Below, piece by piece: positions 7,839 through 16,507 of a DNA stretch of 26,914 nt; positions within the stretch are counted from its first letter, which is position 1, and each line of letters opens with the position of its first letter. Made by a program: the position numbers and the translations under genes. Origin of the DNA: Gemmatimonadales bacterium (GTDB lineage: Bacteria > Gemmatimonadota > Gemmatimonadetes > Gemmatimonadales > GWC2-71-9); NCBI GenBank assembly GCA_035934835.1, contig DASYXP010000037.1, positions 1 to 26,914 of the forward strand, written 5' to 3'. The notes beneath the pieces are model-generated. The model was not told the origin of the DNA and searched no databases. It saw only the letters and a program-made list of their open reading frames with translations.

Positions 7839-9881
7839 GTGACCCTCCTCGGTACGTTCTGTCTCTGGGCCACCATCCTGGTGAGCACGTGGGGGGCGGT
7901 CCTCGCGTTCAGCGGACGCTGGCGCGGGCGGCCGGAGCTGGTCGGCAGCATCCGCGGCGCGGTGTTCGCGGGGTTCGGCCTCCTGGTGGTGGCCGCGGCC
8001 TGCCTCTGGCAGGTGCTCGCCGCGCACGACTTCAACGTCGAGTACGTCGCCGCCTACACCTCGCGCAACCTCCCGACCTACTTCCTCGTCTCCGCGTTCT
8101 GGGCCGGCCAGAAGGGCTCGCTTCTCTTGTGGGCCATCGTGCTGTCGCTCTTCGCGGCGCTGGCCCAGTGGCTCACCGCGCGGCGCTACGCCGACCTGCT
8201 GCCGTACGTGGCGGGCGTCACCTGCACGGTGCTCGTCTTCTTCGTGCTGGTAATGGTCACGAGCGCCAACCCGTTCGAGCGCCTGGCGTACACCCCGGCC
8301 GACGGACGCGGGCTCAATCCGCAATTGCAGCACCCGGCGATGATCATCCATCCGCCGATGCTCTACCTCGGCTACATCAGCGCGGTCATCCCCTTCGCCT
8401 TCGCCGTGGCGGCGCTCCTCTCCCGGCGGCTCGACACCGGATGGATCCACGCCATCCGCAAGTGGACGCTGGTCTCGTGGCTCTTCCTGTCGGTGGGCAT
8501 CACGCTCGGGATGTGGTGGGCCTATACCGAGCTGGGGTGGGGCGGGTACTGGTCGTGGGACCCGGTCGAGAACGCGAGCTTCCTCCCCTGGCTCACGATG
8601 ACCGCGTTCCTCCACTCGGTGATGATCCAGGAAAAGCGCGGGATGCTCAAGCGCTGGAACCTGAGCCTCATCATCGGGACGTTCCTCCTGACCATCTTCG
8701 GGACGTTCCTGACCCGCTCGGGCGTCATCGCGAGCGTGCACAGCTTCACCCAGTCGGCGGTCGGGTACTGGTTCCTCGGGTTCCTGCTGCTGGCCGGCGT
8801 GGCGTCGTACACGCTGCTCTACACCCGCTGGCCCCAGCTCGAGGCGGAGGTGCAGTTGGAGTCGATGGCCAGCCGCGAGGCGGCCTTCCTCTTCAACAAC
8901 CTGCTGCTCGTCGGGATCGCGTTCTCGGTGCTCTGGGGCACGCTCTTCCCGATCCTGTCGGAGCTGGTGCGGGGCACCAAGATCACCGTGGGCCCGCCCT
9001 TCTTCAACCGGGTCAACGGGCCGCTCGGGCTGCTGCTCCTGGCGCTCACCGGCATCGGGCCGCTCATCGCCTGGCGGCGCGCATCGACGGCCAACCTGCG
9101 GCGGCAGTTCGTCTGGCCGCTTGCGGCCTTCGGCGTCACGTTCGCCGGGCTCCTGCTGGTCGGCGTCCGCCAGCTCTCGCCGCTGATGGCGTGGTCGCTC
9201 GCCGGGTTCGTCCTCGGCACCGTGCTGCAGGAGTTCGCCCGCGGCGTCCGCGCCCGGCACCGTATGTACCACGAATCGCCGGTCGTGGCGTTCGTGCACC
9301 TCGTCGCCCGCAACCGCCGGCGCTACGGCGGCTACCTGGTCCACGTGGCCATCCTCATCTACTTCGTGGCCTTCGCGGGCACGGCGTTCCGTGAGGACCT
9401 GCAGGTCTCGCTCAAGCCGGGGCAGTCGGTCACGATGCGGAGCCCCTTCGGCCACAACTACAAGTTCACCCACCTCGGGATCAGCCAGTACGACGCGCTC
9501 AATCGCTCGGTGTCGGCGGCGACGGTCGAGGTGTCCGAGGATGGCCGTTCCCTCGGCGTGCTCAAGTCCGAGAAGCGCCAGTACGTCGACGGGCTCGGGC
9601 GCCCCACGTTCAACCCGTCGACCGAGATCGCGCTCCGCAGCACGCCGCAGGAAGACCTCTACCTCGTCTTCGAGAGCTCGGTGGACGGCACCGAGGAGGC
9701 CAACTACCGGTTCACCATCACGCCGCTGGTCTGGTGGGTCTGGTACGGCGGACTGATGCTGGTCATCGGCGGGCTGGTCACGATGTGGCCCGCTGCGACC
9801 GGGGGCGGCACCGGGTCGAAGTCGCCGGTCGAGCCCGGGTATGCCGCGGCGCTGGCCGCGCCGGGCGGGAGCGCCGCATGA
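7839..9881 (+). CDS. ccmF: Heme lyase CcmF/NrfE family
   Basis: WWD motif WGGYWSWDPVENAS, 'GLNPQLQHP..IIHPP' and 'SVHSF'. Polytopic membrane protein, 680 aa. Confidence 0.96.
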   Translation: MTLLGTFCLWATILVSTWGAVLAFSGRWRGRPELVGSIRGAVFAGFGLLVVAAACLWQVLAAHDFNVEYVAAYTSRNLPTYFLVSAFWAGQKGSLLLWAIVLSLFAALAQWLTARRYADLLPYVAGVTCTVLVFFVLVMVTSANPFERLAYTPADGRGLNPQLQHPAMIIHPPMLYLGYISAVIPFAFAVAALLSRRLDTGWIHAIRKWTLVSWLFLSVGITLGMWWAYTELGWGGYWSWDPVENASFLPWLTMTAFLHSVMIQEKRGMLKRWNLSLIIGTFLLTIFGTFLTRSGVIASVHSFTQSAVGYWFLGFLLLAGVASYTLLYTRWPQLEAEVQLESMASREAAFLFNNLLLVGIAFSVLWGTLFPILSELVRGTKITVGPPFFNRVNGPLGLLLLALTGIGPLIAWRRASTANLRRQFVWPLAAFGVTFAGLLLVGVRQLSPLMAWSLAGFVLGTVLQEFARGVRARHRMYHESPVVAFVHLVARNRRRYGGYLVHVAILIYFVAFAGTAFREDLQVSLKPGQSVTMRSPFGHNYKFTHLGISQYDALNRSVSAATVEVSEDGRSLGVLKSEKRQYVDGLGRPTFNPSTEIALRSTPQEDLYLVFESSVDGTEEANYRFTITPLVWWVWYGGLMLVIGGLVTMWPAATGGGTGSKSPVEPGYAAALAAPGGSAA

Positions 9882-10492
9882 GCGGGATGGATCGCCGCGG
9901 CTTCTTCGGCGCCCTGGTGCTCGGCGCAGTGCCGCTCGTGCTGCACGCATCGCAGCAGCAACAGCCGGGGGACACGACGCGGGCCCAGATCCCGCAGGGC
10001 GACGCGGGATTCCTGCCCAACCCGGCGCTGGCCGGCGTCTCCCGTCCGCCGGTGACCGCCCAGGACAACGATCCCCTCATCGTCGGCATCGAGCACCGGG
10101 TGCGCTGTCCCTGCCCCTGCGGGCTCGACGTATACACCTGCCGCACGACCGACTTCACTTGCAGCTATTCACCGGAGCGCCACCGGGAGATCATGGGCCT
10201 GGTGCAGCAGGGGATGACGCCGGACCAGGTGGTGGCGGCGCTGGTGGCCAAGTACGGAGAGTCGACACTGATGGCGCCCAAGCCCCGCGGCTTCAACCTG
10301 GTGGGCTACCTCCTTCCGGGGTCGCTGGTGCTCCTCCTCGGTGCGGCGCTCACGTCGGTGATCCTCTCCCGCCGGCGGGGCGCCGCCCAGGTGGCCGGGT
10401 TCGTCCCCGCCATGGCGGGCGATCGAACGGTCGACGCATCGCCCGACGAATTGGCCAAGCTCGCCCAGGCGATGCGGGACCTGGACCAGTGA
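9878..10492 (+). CDS. ccmH: CcmH/NrfF-like protein with twin-arginine-like signal and five-Cys cluster, 204 aa
   Basis: ATG at 9878 overlaps the ccmF stop (ATGA). MDRRGFFG followed by an h-region. 'VRCPCPCGLDVYTCRTTDFTC' sits at the CcmH LRCxxC position, followed by a CcmH-like 'G.TPDQVVAALVAKYGE..L.AP' segment and a C-terminal TM. Confidence 0.75.
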   Translation: MSGMDRRGFFGALVLGAVPLVLHASQQQQPGDTTRAQIPQGDAGFLPNPALAGVSRPPVTAQDNDPLIVGIEHRVRCPCPCGLDVYTCRTTDFTCSYSPERHREIMGLVQQGMTPDQVVAALVAKYGESTLMAPKPRGFNLVGYLLPGSLVLLLGAALTSVILSRRRGAAQVAGFVPAMAGDRTVDASPDELAKLAQAMRDLDQ

Positions 10493-11022
10493 ACGCACTG
10501 GAAGTGGTGCTCGGCGTTGTGGTCGCGGCCGCCGCGGTGACGCTGGTGGCGTGGCCGCTCTGGCATCCGCCCGCGCCGGGCTTCGCGGCGCTCGATGATG
10601 CGCCGTCGCTCGAGGAGACCCGCAAGGGCGTGGCGCTCCTGGCCCTCCGCGAGATCGAGTTCGACCGCGAGACCGGCAAGCTCTCCGACCAGGACTACGA
10701 GCGCCTCAAGTCGGCATACACCGCCGAGGCCGTGTCGGCGCTCCGGGTGGAGGAGGGTCGGGCGGCCCGAGCCTCCGCGCCGGCTGAGGCGCTCATCGCC
10801 GAGCGGGTCCGGGCGCTCGGCGGTCGGGCCGTCGCCCAGTCGGCCGTTGGCCGCGGCCCCAGCTGCAGCAACTGCGGCCCGCGGCCCGAATCCGACGCCA
10901 TCTACTGCTCGGGTTGCGGGCGGATGCTGGCGGGTCACGGCTGCGGCCGCTGCGGTGCCGCGCTCCCGCCGGGGGCACGGTTCTGCGAGTCGTGCGGGTC
11001 GCCGGTGGCGGGCGCCGCCTGA
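10489..11022 (+). CDS. TM protein with CcmI-N-terminal-like segment and double zinc ribbon, 177 aa
   Basis: GTG at 10489 overlaps the ccmH stop (GTGA). N-terminal TM, then 'LALREIEFDRETGKLSDQDYERLK', then four CxxC pairs (CSNC, CSGC, CGRC, CESC). Confidence 0.75.
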   Translation: MNALEVVLGVVVAAAAVTLVAWPLWHPPAPGFAALDDAPSLEETRKGVALLALREIEFDRETGKLSDQDYERLKSAYTAEAVSALRVEEGRAARASAPAEALIAERVRALGGRAVAQSAVGRGPSCSNCGPRPESDAIYCSGCGRMLAGHGCGRCGAALPPGARFCESCGSPVAGAA

Positions 11023-11048
11023 TCGGAGGCCGGTGAGGGCAGGGGCGA

Positions 11049-11084
11049 GCAGACCCCCGGGCGACGTCTCGTCCGGGGGTCTGC
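11049..11084. terminator. 16-bp GC stem-loop between convergent genes (possible bidirectional terminator)
   Basis: GCAGACCCCCGGGCGA-cgtc-TCGTCCGGGGGTCTGC, with one G-U pair. No clear U-tract on either strand. Confidence 0.55.
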
Positions 11085-11228
11085 GCATTCCGTACCGTGG
11101 TGCTTCGCTGCTGCTGGCCGCTTCGCTCGTGCTGCATTGCTGCCTTCGGCCGCCGCGCCCTTGGCTCACAGCTGGCGACCGTCCTGCCACCTTCCGTCCG
11201 GCTCAGGGGCCCTGGACCGCCCCGCGGT

Positions 11229-11819
11229 TCAGAGCCGGTAACCCGCGCCGATCCCCACCCGTGTGCGCCACATCGTGTGCTGGCTCAGGTCGGGCGTGAG
11301 GTCGGCATCGGCCAGCTGAGAGCCCGTGACCGCCGCATCGCCCCGGAGCGATAGTCCCAGGCGTCCGGTGATGGGAAGCTCCAGCGAGGCGCCGGCGTGG
11401 GCGCCCGCACGGGCCACCGAGCTGCCACCATTCTGCTTCCACAGGTCGAGGAGTGGGCCGGCGTGGATGACCAGCCGGCCCCCGGCCGGCGTCGTCGCGA
11501 CGGAGTGCCTGACCTCCGGCGCCAGCTCGATCAGCGTGAGGTCGCCGCCCTGGGTCAGCGCGATGGCGCCCTGGGAATACCCGGTGGCCGAGCCCGCGAT
11601 CGTGAGCGCCACCCCGAAGCGCGCGCCCGTAAGGCGGAGCGTCATGAGGGTCGGCCGCGACGGGCGGATGTAGACGGGTATCGCCGACGTGTCGCGGACG
11701 CCGCCGTGGAAGCGGGCGGCGCCGAATTCGAGGGTCAGTCGGGTGCCGGTCTCCTGCTGCGCCCGGAGGGTGGCCGGGGCCAGGAGGAGCAGGGTGCCGC
11801 AAAGGATCAGTCGTCGCAT
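11229..11819 (-). CDS. Small outer-membrane beta-barrel protein, 196 aa
   Basis: ATG at 11819 after GGAG. Signal MRRLILCGTLLLLAPATLRA|QQ. Amphipathic strands. C-terminal 'VGIGAGYRL' beta-signal-like end. Confidence 0.75.
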   Translation of the reverse strand: MRRLILCGTLLLLAPATLRAQQETGTRLTLEFGAARFHGGVRDTSAIPVYIRPSRPTLMTLRLTGARFGVALTIAGSATGYSQGAIALTQGGDLTLIELAPEVRHSVATTPAGGRLVIHAGPLLDLWKQNGGSSVARAGAHAGASLELPITGRLGLSLRGDAAVTGSQLADADLTPDLSQHTMWRTRVGIGAGYRL

Positions 11820-11878
11820 CGAGGGTCTCCAGGGTCGGGGCCATCCGGGAGGCGCACGCGCCTCCCGGATAGTCGGTG

Positions 11879-13135
11879 TCACTTCATGTCGAGCCGGATC
11901 CAGCCCTGCCGGCTCTGGTCGTAGCCGATGAACGACCAGTTGGCGATCGGGTGGGTGTAGCCGGTGATGCTGTTGGCGATGGCCACGCCAACGAGGTCGT
12001 CGTTGGACTTGATCCAGTTGACGGCCTCGGCGATCAGCGACCAGAGCGCCTTGACCGCACTGATCGTGGCGCCGTTGAGGCCGATGTTGTCCTTGGCGCC
12101 CTTGTACTGGCTCGAGAAGTTGTTCACGGCGCCGACGAACGCCGCCATGTTCGTGTTGTCCACCTTGACCTGGCAGGCGGTGTCGTCATCCTCCAGGGCC
12201 AGGATCGAGAAGTTCTGGTCGGGGTACTTTGTGTGATACTCATTGAGCTGGGTCTGGCTGAAGAGCATGAGGTCGCCGCTCCAGGAGGTGCCGTTGAGGT
12301 CCCAGTAGGTGTTCCCGTGCTCGCCGACGCACCAGAGCGTGTGGTAGGTGGCGTTGTCCCCGGCCGCATTGGGGCCGAGGATGTGGAGTTCAAACTCGGG
12401 GTCCCCCTTCAACCAACCCTCAAACGTGCCCGAGAACTGCACATAGCTCATGTAGAGCCCGTGGATCACGACGGTGCCGCCGCCGGTGCCGCCCGAGGTC
12501 CCGCCGGTGGTGCCCCCGCCCGGCGAGCCGCACGCCTCGATCGTGCAGGTGGTGAGCTGGGGTGCCGATTCGGGGTGGTCCAGGTCGGTTTCCTGGGGCT
12601 CGACGGCCAGGACCGGCACAGCCGGTGGCCGATCGGGGGACAGGACGTGGCGGCGGCCCTTGGTGTCATACGCCACCGGGGCGTCGTGGTCGTTGATGGC
12701 CGTGGCCACGAGGATGTTCTCGTCGCCCTGCCACGCCTCCCGCTGGCCGTGGACCGGGAAGTAGAACTCGAGGGGGCGGGCCTCGGCAGCGTCCGCCGCG
12801 ATGCTCGTCTGGGGCTCGCCGCTGGCGGACGCCATCGCCCGCATCGGGGCGGTGCCCGGCCGGCCGAGGAACCGCTGGAACTGCAGCTTGTGCTCCCGGA
12901 ACGGCGAGGCGCCGAGTTCCGACCGGACCAGCGCCCGGAAGGACGGGTCGCCGAGCGCCAGGGCGGTGCGCTTGGCCAGGCGCTCGAGGCGGCCCTGTTC
13001 GCCATCGATGGGGGCGGGTTCGCTGATGACGACGTCGGCGCCGGAAGCGCTGGTCCCGGTCGGGCCCCGATCGTCGGCGCACGCCGATGCGACCGAGAGC
13101 AGCGCCGGCACCAGCCAGAGCGTGGAATACCGCAT
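11879..13135 (-). CDS. Lipoprotein of unknown function (tentatively DUF3103-like), 418 aa
   Basis: AAGGAGG RBS. Lipobox ASAC. Gly/Thr linker between two domains. 'FEGWLKGDPEF' and 'NDDLVG' recall DUF3103 proteins (from memory, unverified). Confidence 0.75.
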   Translation of the reverse strand: MRYSTLWLVPALLSVASACADDRGPTGTSASGADVVISEPAPIDGEQGRLERLAKRTALALGDPSFRALVRSELGASPFREHKLQFQRFLGRPGTAPMRAMASASGEPQTSIAADAAEARPLEFYFPVHGQREAWQGDENILVATAINDHDAPVAYDTKGRRHVLSPDRPPAVPVLAVEPQETDLDHPESAPQLTTCTIEACGSPGGGTTGGTSGGTGGGTVVIHGLYMSYVQFSGTFEGWLKGDPEFELHILGPNAAGDNATYHTLWCVGEHGNTYWDLNGTSWSGDLMLFSQTQLNEYHTKYPDQNFSILALEDDDTACQVKVDNTNMAAFVGAVNNFSSQYKGAKDNIGLNGATISAVKALWSLIAEAVNWIKSNDDLVGVAIANSITGYTHPIANWSFIGYDQSRQGWIRLDMK

Positions 13136-13239
13136 ATCTCCTCCTTGGGTGGGGGCGCCATCGCGCCCGTGACTGAAGCGCGCCCAAGGTAGGGATCGGG
13201 GGCAAGCGGGCCGTCACCCCGCCGCCGCGGGATGGCACG

Positions 13240-13270
13240 AAAAAACGGGACGACCGACCGCGTCGCCCCG
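13240..13270 (-). terminator. Rho-independent terminator
   Basis: Minus strand CGGGGCGAC-gcggtcg-GTCGTCCCG-TTTTTT, about 22 bp after the stop of the 13293-13889 gene. Confidence 0.8.
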
Positions 13271-13292
13271 CTCTTGGAGCACCGCTTGTCGG

Positions 13293-13889
13293 TCAGTGGA
13301 AGGTGACTTCCATCCCGACGGCGATCACGTCGAACCTGGTCCCCGTGAGCGCCGTCGTTCTGCCCTGCTTGATGTCGCCGGGCCGGCCGGCGAACCAGGT
13401 GACCTCGGGGGCGATGGTCACGCGGCGGCCGAGCGGGAGCTCATACGCCACTCCGGCGAGGCCGCCCAACCCGAACCCGCTCGCGGGGACGAAACTCGCC
13501 GGCTCGACCGACATCCCGCTCAGCCCGGCGCCAAGCTTGAGGCGGAGGCCGCTGGCGCCACGCGGGTAGTAGATCGCCACGGCGGTGAGGGTGCCAGCGT
13601 ACTGGTCGCCCACGCCCTGTAGCGTCCTGGACCACGCGGTCAAGTCGAGGCCGATCCGGAGGTCGGGGGTGAGTGTCGTGCCCGCGGCCAGGTGGACGAC
13701 GGTCCCGGTCTGGCGTCCCGAGGCCGCGCAGCCGTTGCACTGTTCGGCCTCCCGACCGGCGCCGAGCCCGGTGGCGACCCAGAACTCGTGCCGCGGCCCT
13801 GGTCCGTCGGTCCCCGGGCGCTGGGCGGAGAGGGGGAATGCCGCTGCGAGGAGCAGGGCCATCAGGGTGAGTTCGTGGCGCGCGCGCAT
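13293..13889 (-). CDS. Small outer-membrane beta-barrel protein with CxxC loop, 198 aa
   Basis: GGAGG RBS. Signal ...AAAFPLSA|Q. Amphipathic strands, CNGC after strand 1, C-terminal 'VGMEVTFH'. Confidence 0.78.
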   Translation of the reverse strand: MRARHELTLMALLLAAAFPLSAQRPGTDGPGPRHEFWVATGLGAGREAEQCNGCAASGRQTGTVVHLAAGTTLTPDLRIGLDLTAWSRTLQGVGDQYAGTLTAVAIYYPRGASGLRLKLGAGLSGMSVEPASFVPASGFGLGGLAGVAYELPLGRRVTIAPEVTWFAGRPGDIKQGRTTALTGTRFDVIAVGMEVTFH

Positions 13890-13928
13890 CTCGCCTCCGT
13901 GGGGGTCGGGTGAGGACCCGGTGGGGCG

Positions 13929-13943
13929 GCAATCGGCGTGCCG
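13929..13943 (-). promoter_or_regulatory. Sigma54 (-24/-12) promoter
   Basis: Minus strand CGGCACG-CCGA-TTGC has the exact GG-N10-GC spacing and lies 40 bp upstream of the ATG at 13889. Confidence 0.6.
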
Positions 13944-14030
13944 ATGTTGGCAGGCGGGAGGGTCGGGGCAGCGGAGCTGGTGTGGCGCCGGCTGCGGCGG
14001 AGGAGCGTCGGTGCGTGTGGCGCGGGGCCG

Positions 14031-15752
14031 TCAGTCGATCTCGGTGTCGAACCGGACCAGCGTACGGAGCGCCACCCGGAGCGCCGCCCAGGCGATCGTG
14101 AGGCATCCGGCCACGACCGCGCCGGTGGCGATGACGATGCCCGCCACGCCGGGGTGCCCGTCGAGCTGCGTGTCCCGGAGGAACTCCGCCACCGGCCCCG
14201 CCTCGACGACGATGACCAGCACCAGGAGCCCGGTGATGGTCATCATGCACACGAGCCCGCCGAAGCTGGTCGGGATCTGGGCCGCGTTCTCGCTGTCGAA
14301 CTGCGGATACACGGCGCCGAACGCCAGCGCCAGCGCGGCGATGGCGAAGGTGAGCGCCGCCACCGTGCCGACGTTCATCAGCAGGATGACCGGCGCCGAC
14401 TTGAGCGACACGTTGGTGATGATGGTCAGGCCGAGCGACAGGACCAGGAGCGGCGCCGTGCCGGTCCAGTACTTGCTCCGGAGCAGCGCCCGCAGGTCGA
14501 GTGGGCTCGAGCGCAGGAGCCAGAATTGGCGCCCTTCGAGCGACACCGCCGGGAAGATGAACCGCACCGCGATGGCCGCCAGCACGAACCCGCTGAGCCC
14601 CTGGTTGAGGAAGATGACCAGCGTGGTCACGAAGAGCGGCACCCGCTCCCCGGTGTTGATGGGCAGGGCGGAGATGTTGAAGAGGTACACCACGAGCAGC
14701 ACGCCGATGAGGATGAGCTGGCCCCACTGGGTGGAATCGCGGAAGAAGACCCGCACGTCCTTCAGCAGCATCTCCCGCTGCATCGCGCCGAGAGGCCGGA
14801 GCAGGGCCGTGACCCAGCGCGCCTGGCGCCGTCCGGCGTCCCGCGTGTCGCCGCCTTCCTGGGCCCGGGAAAAGCCGGAGGCGTAGAGTCGATGGTGCAG
14901 GAGGGCGCCCAGGACGACGAACGCGCCGGCCGTGCTCCAGAGGAGGAGTATCGGGAGCGGGTCGGCCACCCGGTCGAGCCAGTTCATCACGGTATCAGCG
15001 GCCCACTGGCTCGGCAGTAGCGGGCTGGTCGGTGCCTGCAGGAGCGTCAGGAAGTCGATGAGGTTCCGGAACCCCTCCGGCCGGGCGAGCTGCTCGGGCT
15101 TGGCCAGACGGAGCCAGAGGACGAAGCCCGCCGCCGCCGCCACCGCCAGGAGGGTCAGGAGGTCGCGGAGCCGCCGGGCCGGAAAGACGTTCACCAGGAG
15201 CAGGGTCAGCACCGCGCCGACCGCCGCAGGGATGATGAGCAGCGGGATGAGCGCGGCCGCGGCCACGAGCGGGAAGAGCGGCCCCCCGCCGAACACGGCG
15301 CCGTACGCCGCGAAGATCGGCACTGCCATCACCACCACCATCCACGACGAATGCAGCAGGTTCTCCGCCAGCTTGGCCAGGTAGAACCAGAGCCAGTCGA
15401 CCGGCGCCGAGATGAGCAGGTCGAGGTCGCGGGCCAGGAAGAACGACGAGAGCGCCGTGATCAGGTTCGAGAGCAGCAGGAGGGACAGGAACGCGAGGAA
15501 CCCCACCGCCAGGATCTTGCTCGCGATGAGCGGGCCCACTTCCGGCGTGTCCTTGAGGTAGCGGAGCACCTTGTGCAGCAGGCCGTACGTCCCGCCCCAG
15601 AACACCGTGCCCACGAAGAGCAGGAGGAGGACCTTGGTGCCGGCCCCCTTCCGCTCCTGGCGCAGGCGCGCCCGTGCGCTCTGCCACTTGGGCCGGAGGA
15701 GGTCCGGCATCCACGGCTCTCGGCCTCCGGCGGCGGCCTCGATCGCGCTCAC
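14031..15752 (-). CDS. Putative ABC exporter permease, 573 aa
   Basis: About a dozen hydrophobic segments in two halves. 'DLDLLISAP' and 'EGRQFWLLRSSPL' ABC-2-type loops. GTGA overlap with the ATPase gene. Confidence 0.8.
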   Translation of the reverse strand: MSAIEAAAGGREPWMPDLLRPKWQSARARLRQERKGAGTKVLLLLFVGTVFWGGTYGLLHKVLRYLKDTPEVGPLIASKILAVGFLAFLSLLLLSNLITALSSFFLARDLDLLISAPVDWLWFYLAKLAENLLHSSWMVVVMAVPIFAAYGAVFGGGPLFPLVAAAALIPLLIIPAAVGAVLTLLLVNVFPARRLRDLLTLLAVAAAAGFVLWLRLAKPEQLARPEGFRNLIDFLTLLQAPTSPLLPSQWAADTVMNWLDRVADPLPILLLWSTAGAFVVLGALLHHRLYASGFSRAQEGGDTRDAGRRQARWVTALLRPLGAMQREMLLKDVRVFFRDSTQWGQLILIGVLLVVYLFNISALPINTGERVPLFVTTLVIFLNQGLSGFVLAAIAVRFIFPAVSLEGRQFWLLRSSPLDLRALLRSKYWTGTAPLLVLSLGLTIITNVSLKSAPVILLMNVGTVAALTFAIAALALAFGAVYPQFDSENAAQIPTSFGGLVCMMTITGLLVLVIVVEAGPVAEFLRDTQLDGHPGVAGIVIATGAVVAGCLTIAWAALRVALRTLVRFDTEID

Positions 15753-16507
15753 TTGCCGAACACCGCCTCGAGCGCGCCGACCTCGCCGGTGCCCGTCACC
15801 TTGAGGAACACCTCCTGCAGCGACATCCCGTGGGACGCGGTCTGCTCCCGGAGCTCCTGCATCGTCCCCACGCCCGCGATCTTGCCGCGGTGGATGATCG
15901 CGATCCGGTCGCAGACGGCCTCGGCCACCTCGAGGGTGTGGGTGCTCATCAGCACCGTGCCGCCGCGATCCACGAAGCGTCGGAAGAGGTCCTTGAGGAA
16001 CGACTGGCCCTTGGGATCGAGCCCCACCATCGGCTCGTCCACCACGATCACCTCGGGGCGGTGGATCAGGGCGCTCGAGATGATGAGCTTCTGGCGCATC
16101 CCGTGGCTGTACTTCTCGACCAGCTGGTCCTTCCAGTCGGTGAGCTCGAAGAGGTCGAGCAACTCGGTCATCCGCGCCTCGACCTCCCCGCCTTCCTGCC
16201 GATAGAGCCCCGCCACGAAGCGCAGGAACTCCGTCCCGGTCAGCTTGTCATAGACGTACGGGCGGTCGGGGATGAATCCCAGCGTCTGCTTCGCCGCCAC
16301 CGGGTCGACCGCGATGTCGTGCCCCGCGATGGTGACGGTGCCGGTGGTGGGCTGCAGGATCCCGGCGATCATCCGGAGCGTGGTGGTCTTCCCGGCGCCG
16401 TTCGGGCCCAGGAAGCCGAAGAGCTCACCCCGGGGCACGTGGAGCGAGATGTGGTCCACGGCGGTGAACGAGCCGTAGCGCTTGGTCAGGTCGGTGAGGC
16501 GGATCAT
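15749..16507 (-). CDS. ABC transporter ATP-binding protein, 252 aa
   Basis: ATG at 16507 (ATGA overlap). Walker A GPNGAGKT, signature YSHGMRQK, Walker B IVVDEP, H-loop STH. Confidence 0.95.
   Translation of the reverse strand: MIRLTDLTKRYGSFTAVDHISLHVPRGELFGFLGPNGAGKTTTLRMIAGILQPTTGTVTIAGHDIAVDPVAAKQTLGFIPDRPYVYDKLTGTEFLRFVAGLYRQEGGEVEARMTELLDLFELTDWKDQLVEKYSHGMRQKLIISSALIHRPEVIVVDEPMVGLDPKGQSFLKDLFRRFVDRGGTVLMSTHTLEVAEAVCDRIAIIHRGKIAGVGTMQELREQTASHGMSLQEVFLKVTGTGEVGALEAVFGK

Noticed and set aside
14031-16507. ABC pair as the missing ccmAB
   Set aside because: The permease (573 aa) is far larger than CcmB and belongs to a separate operon on the other strand.
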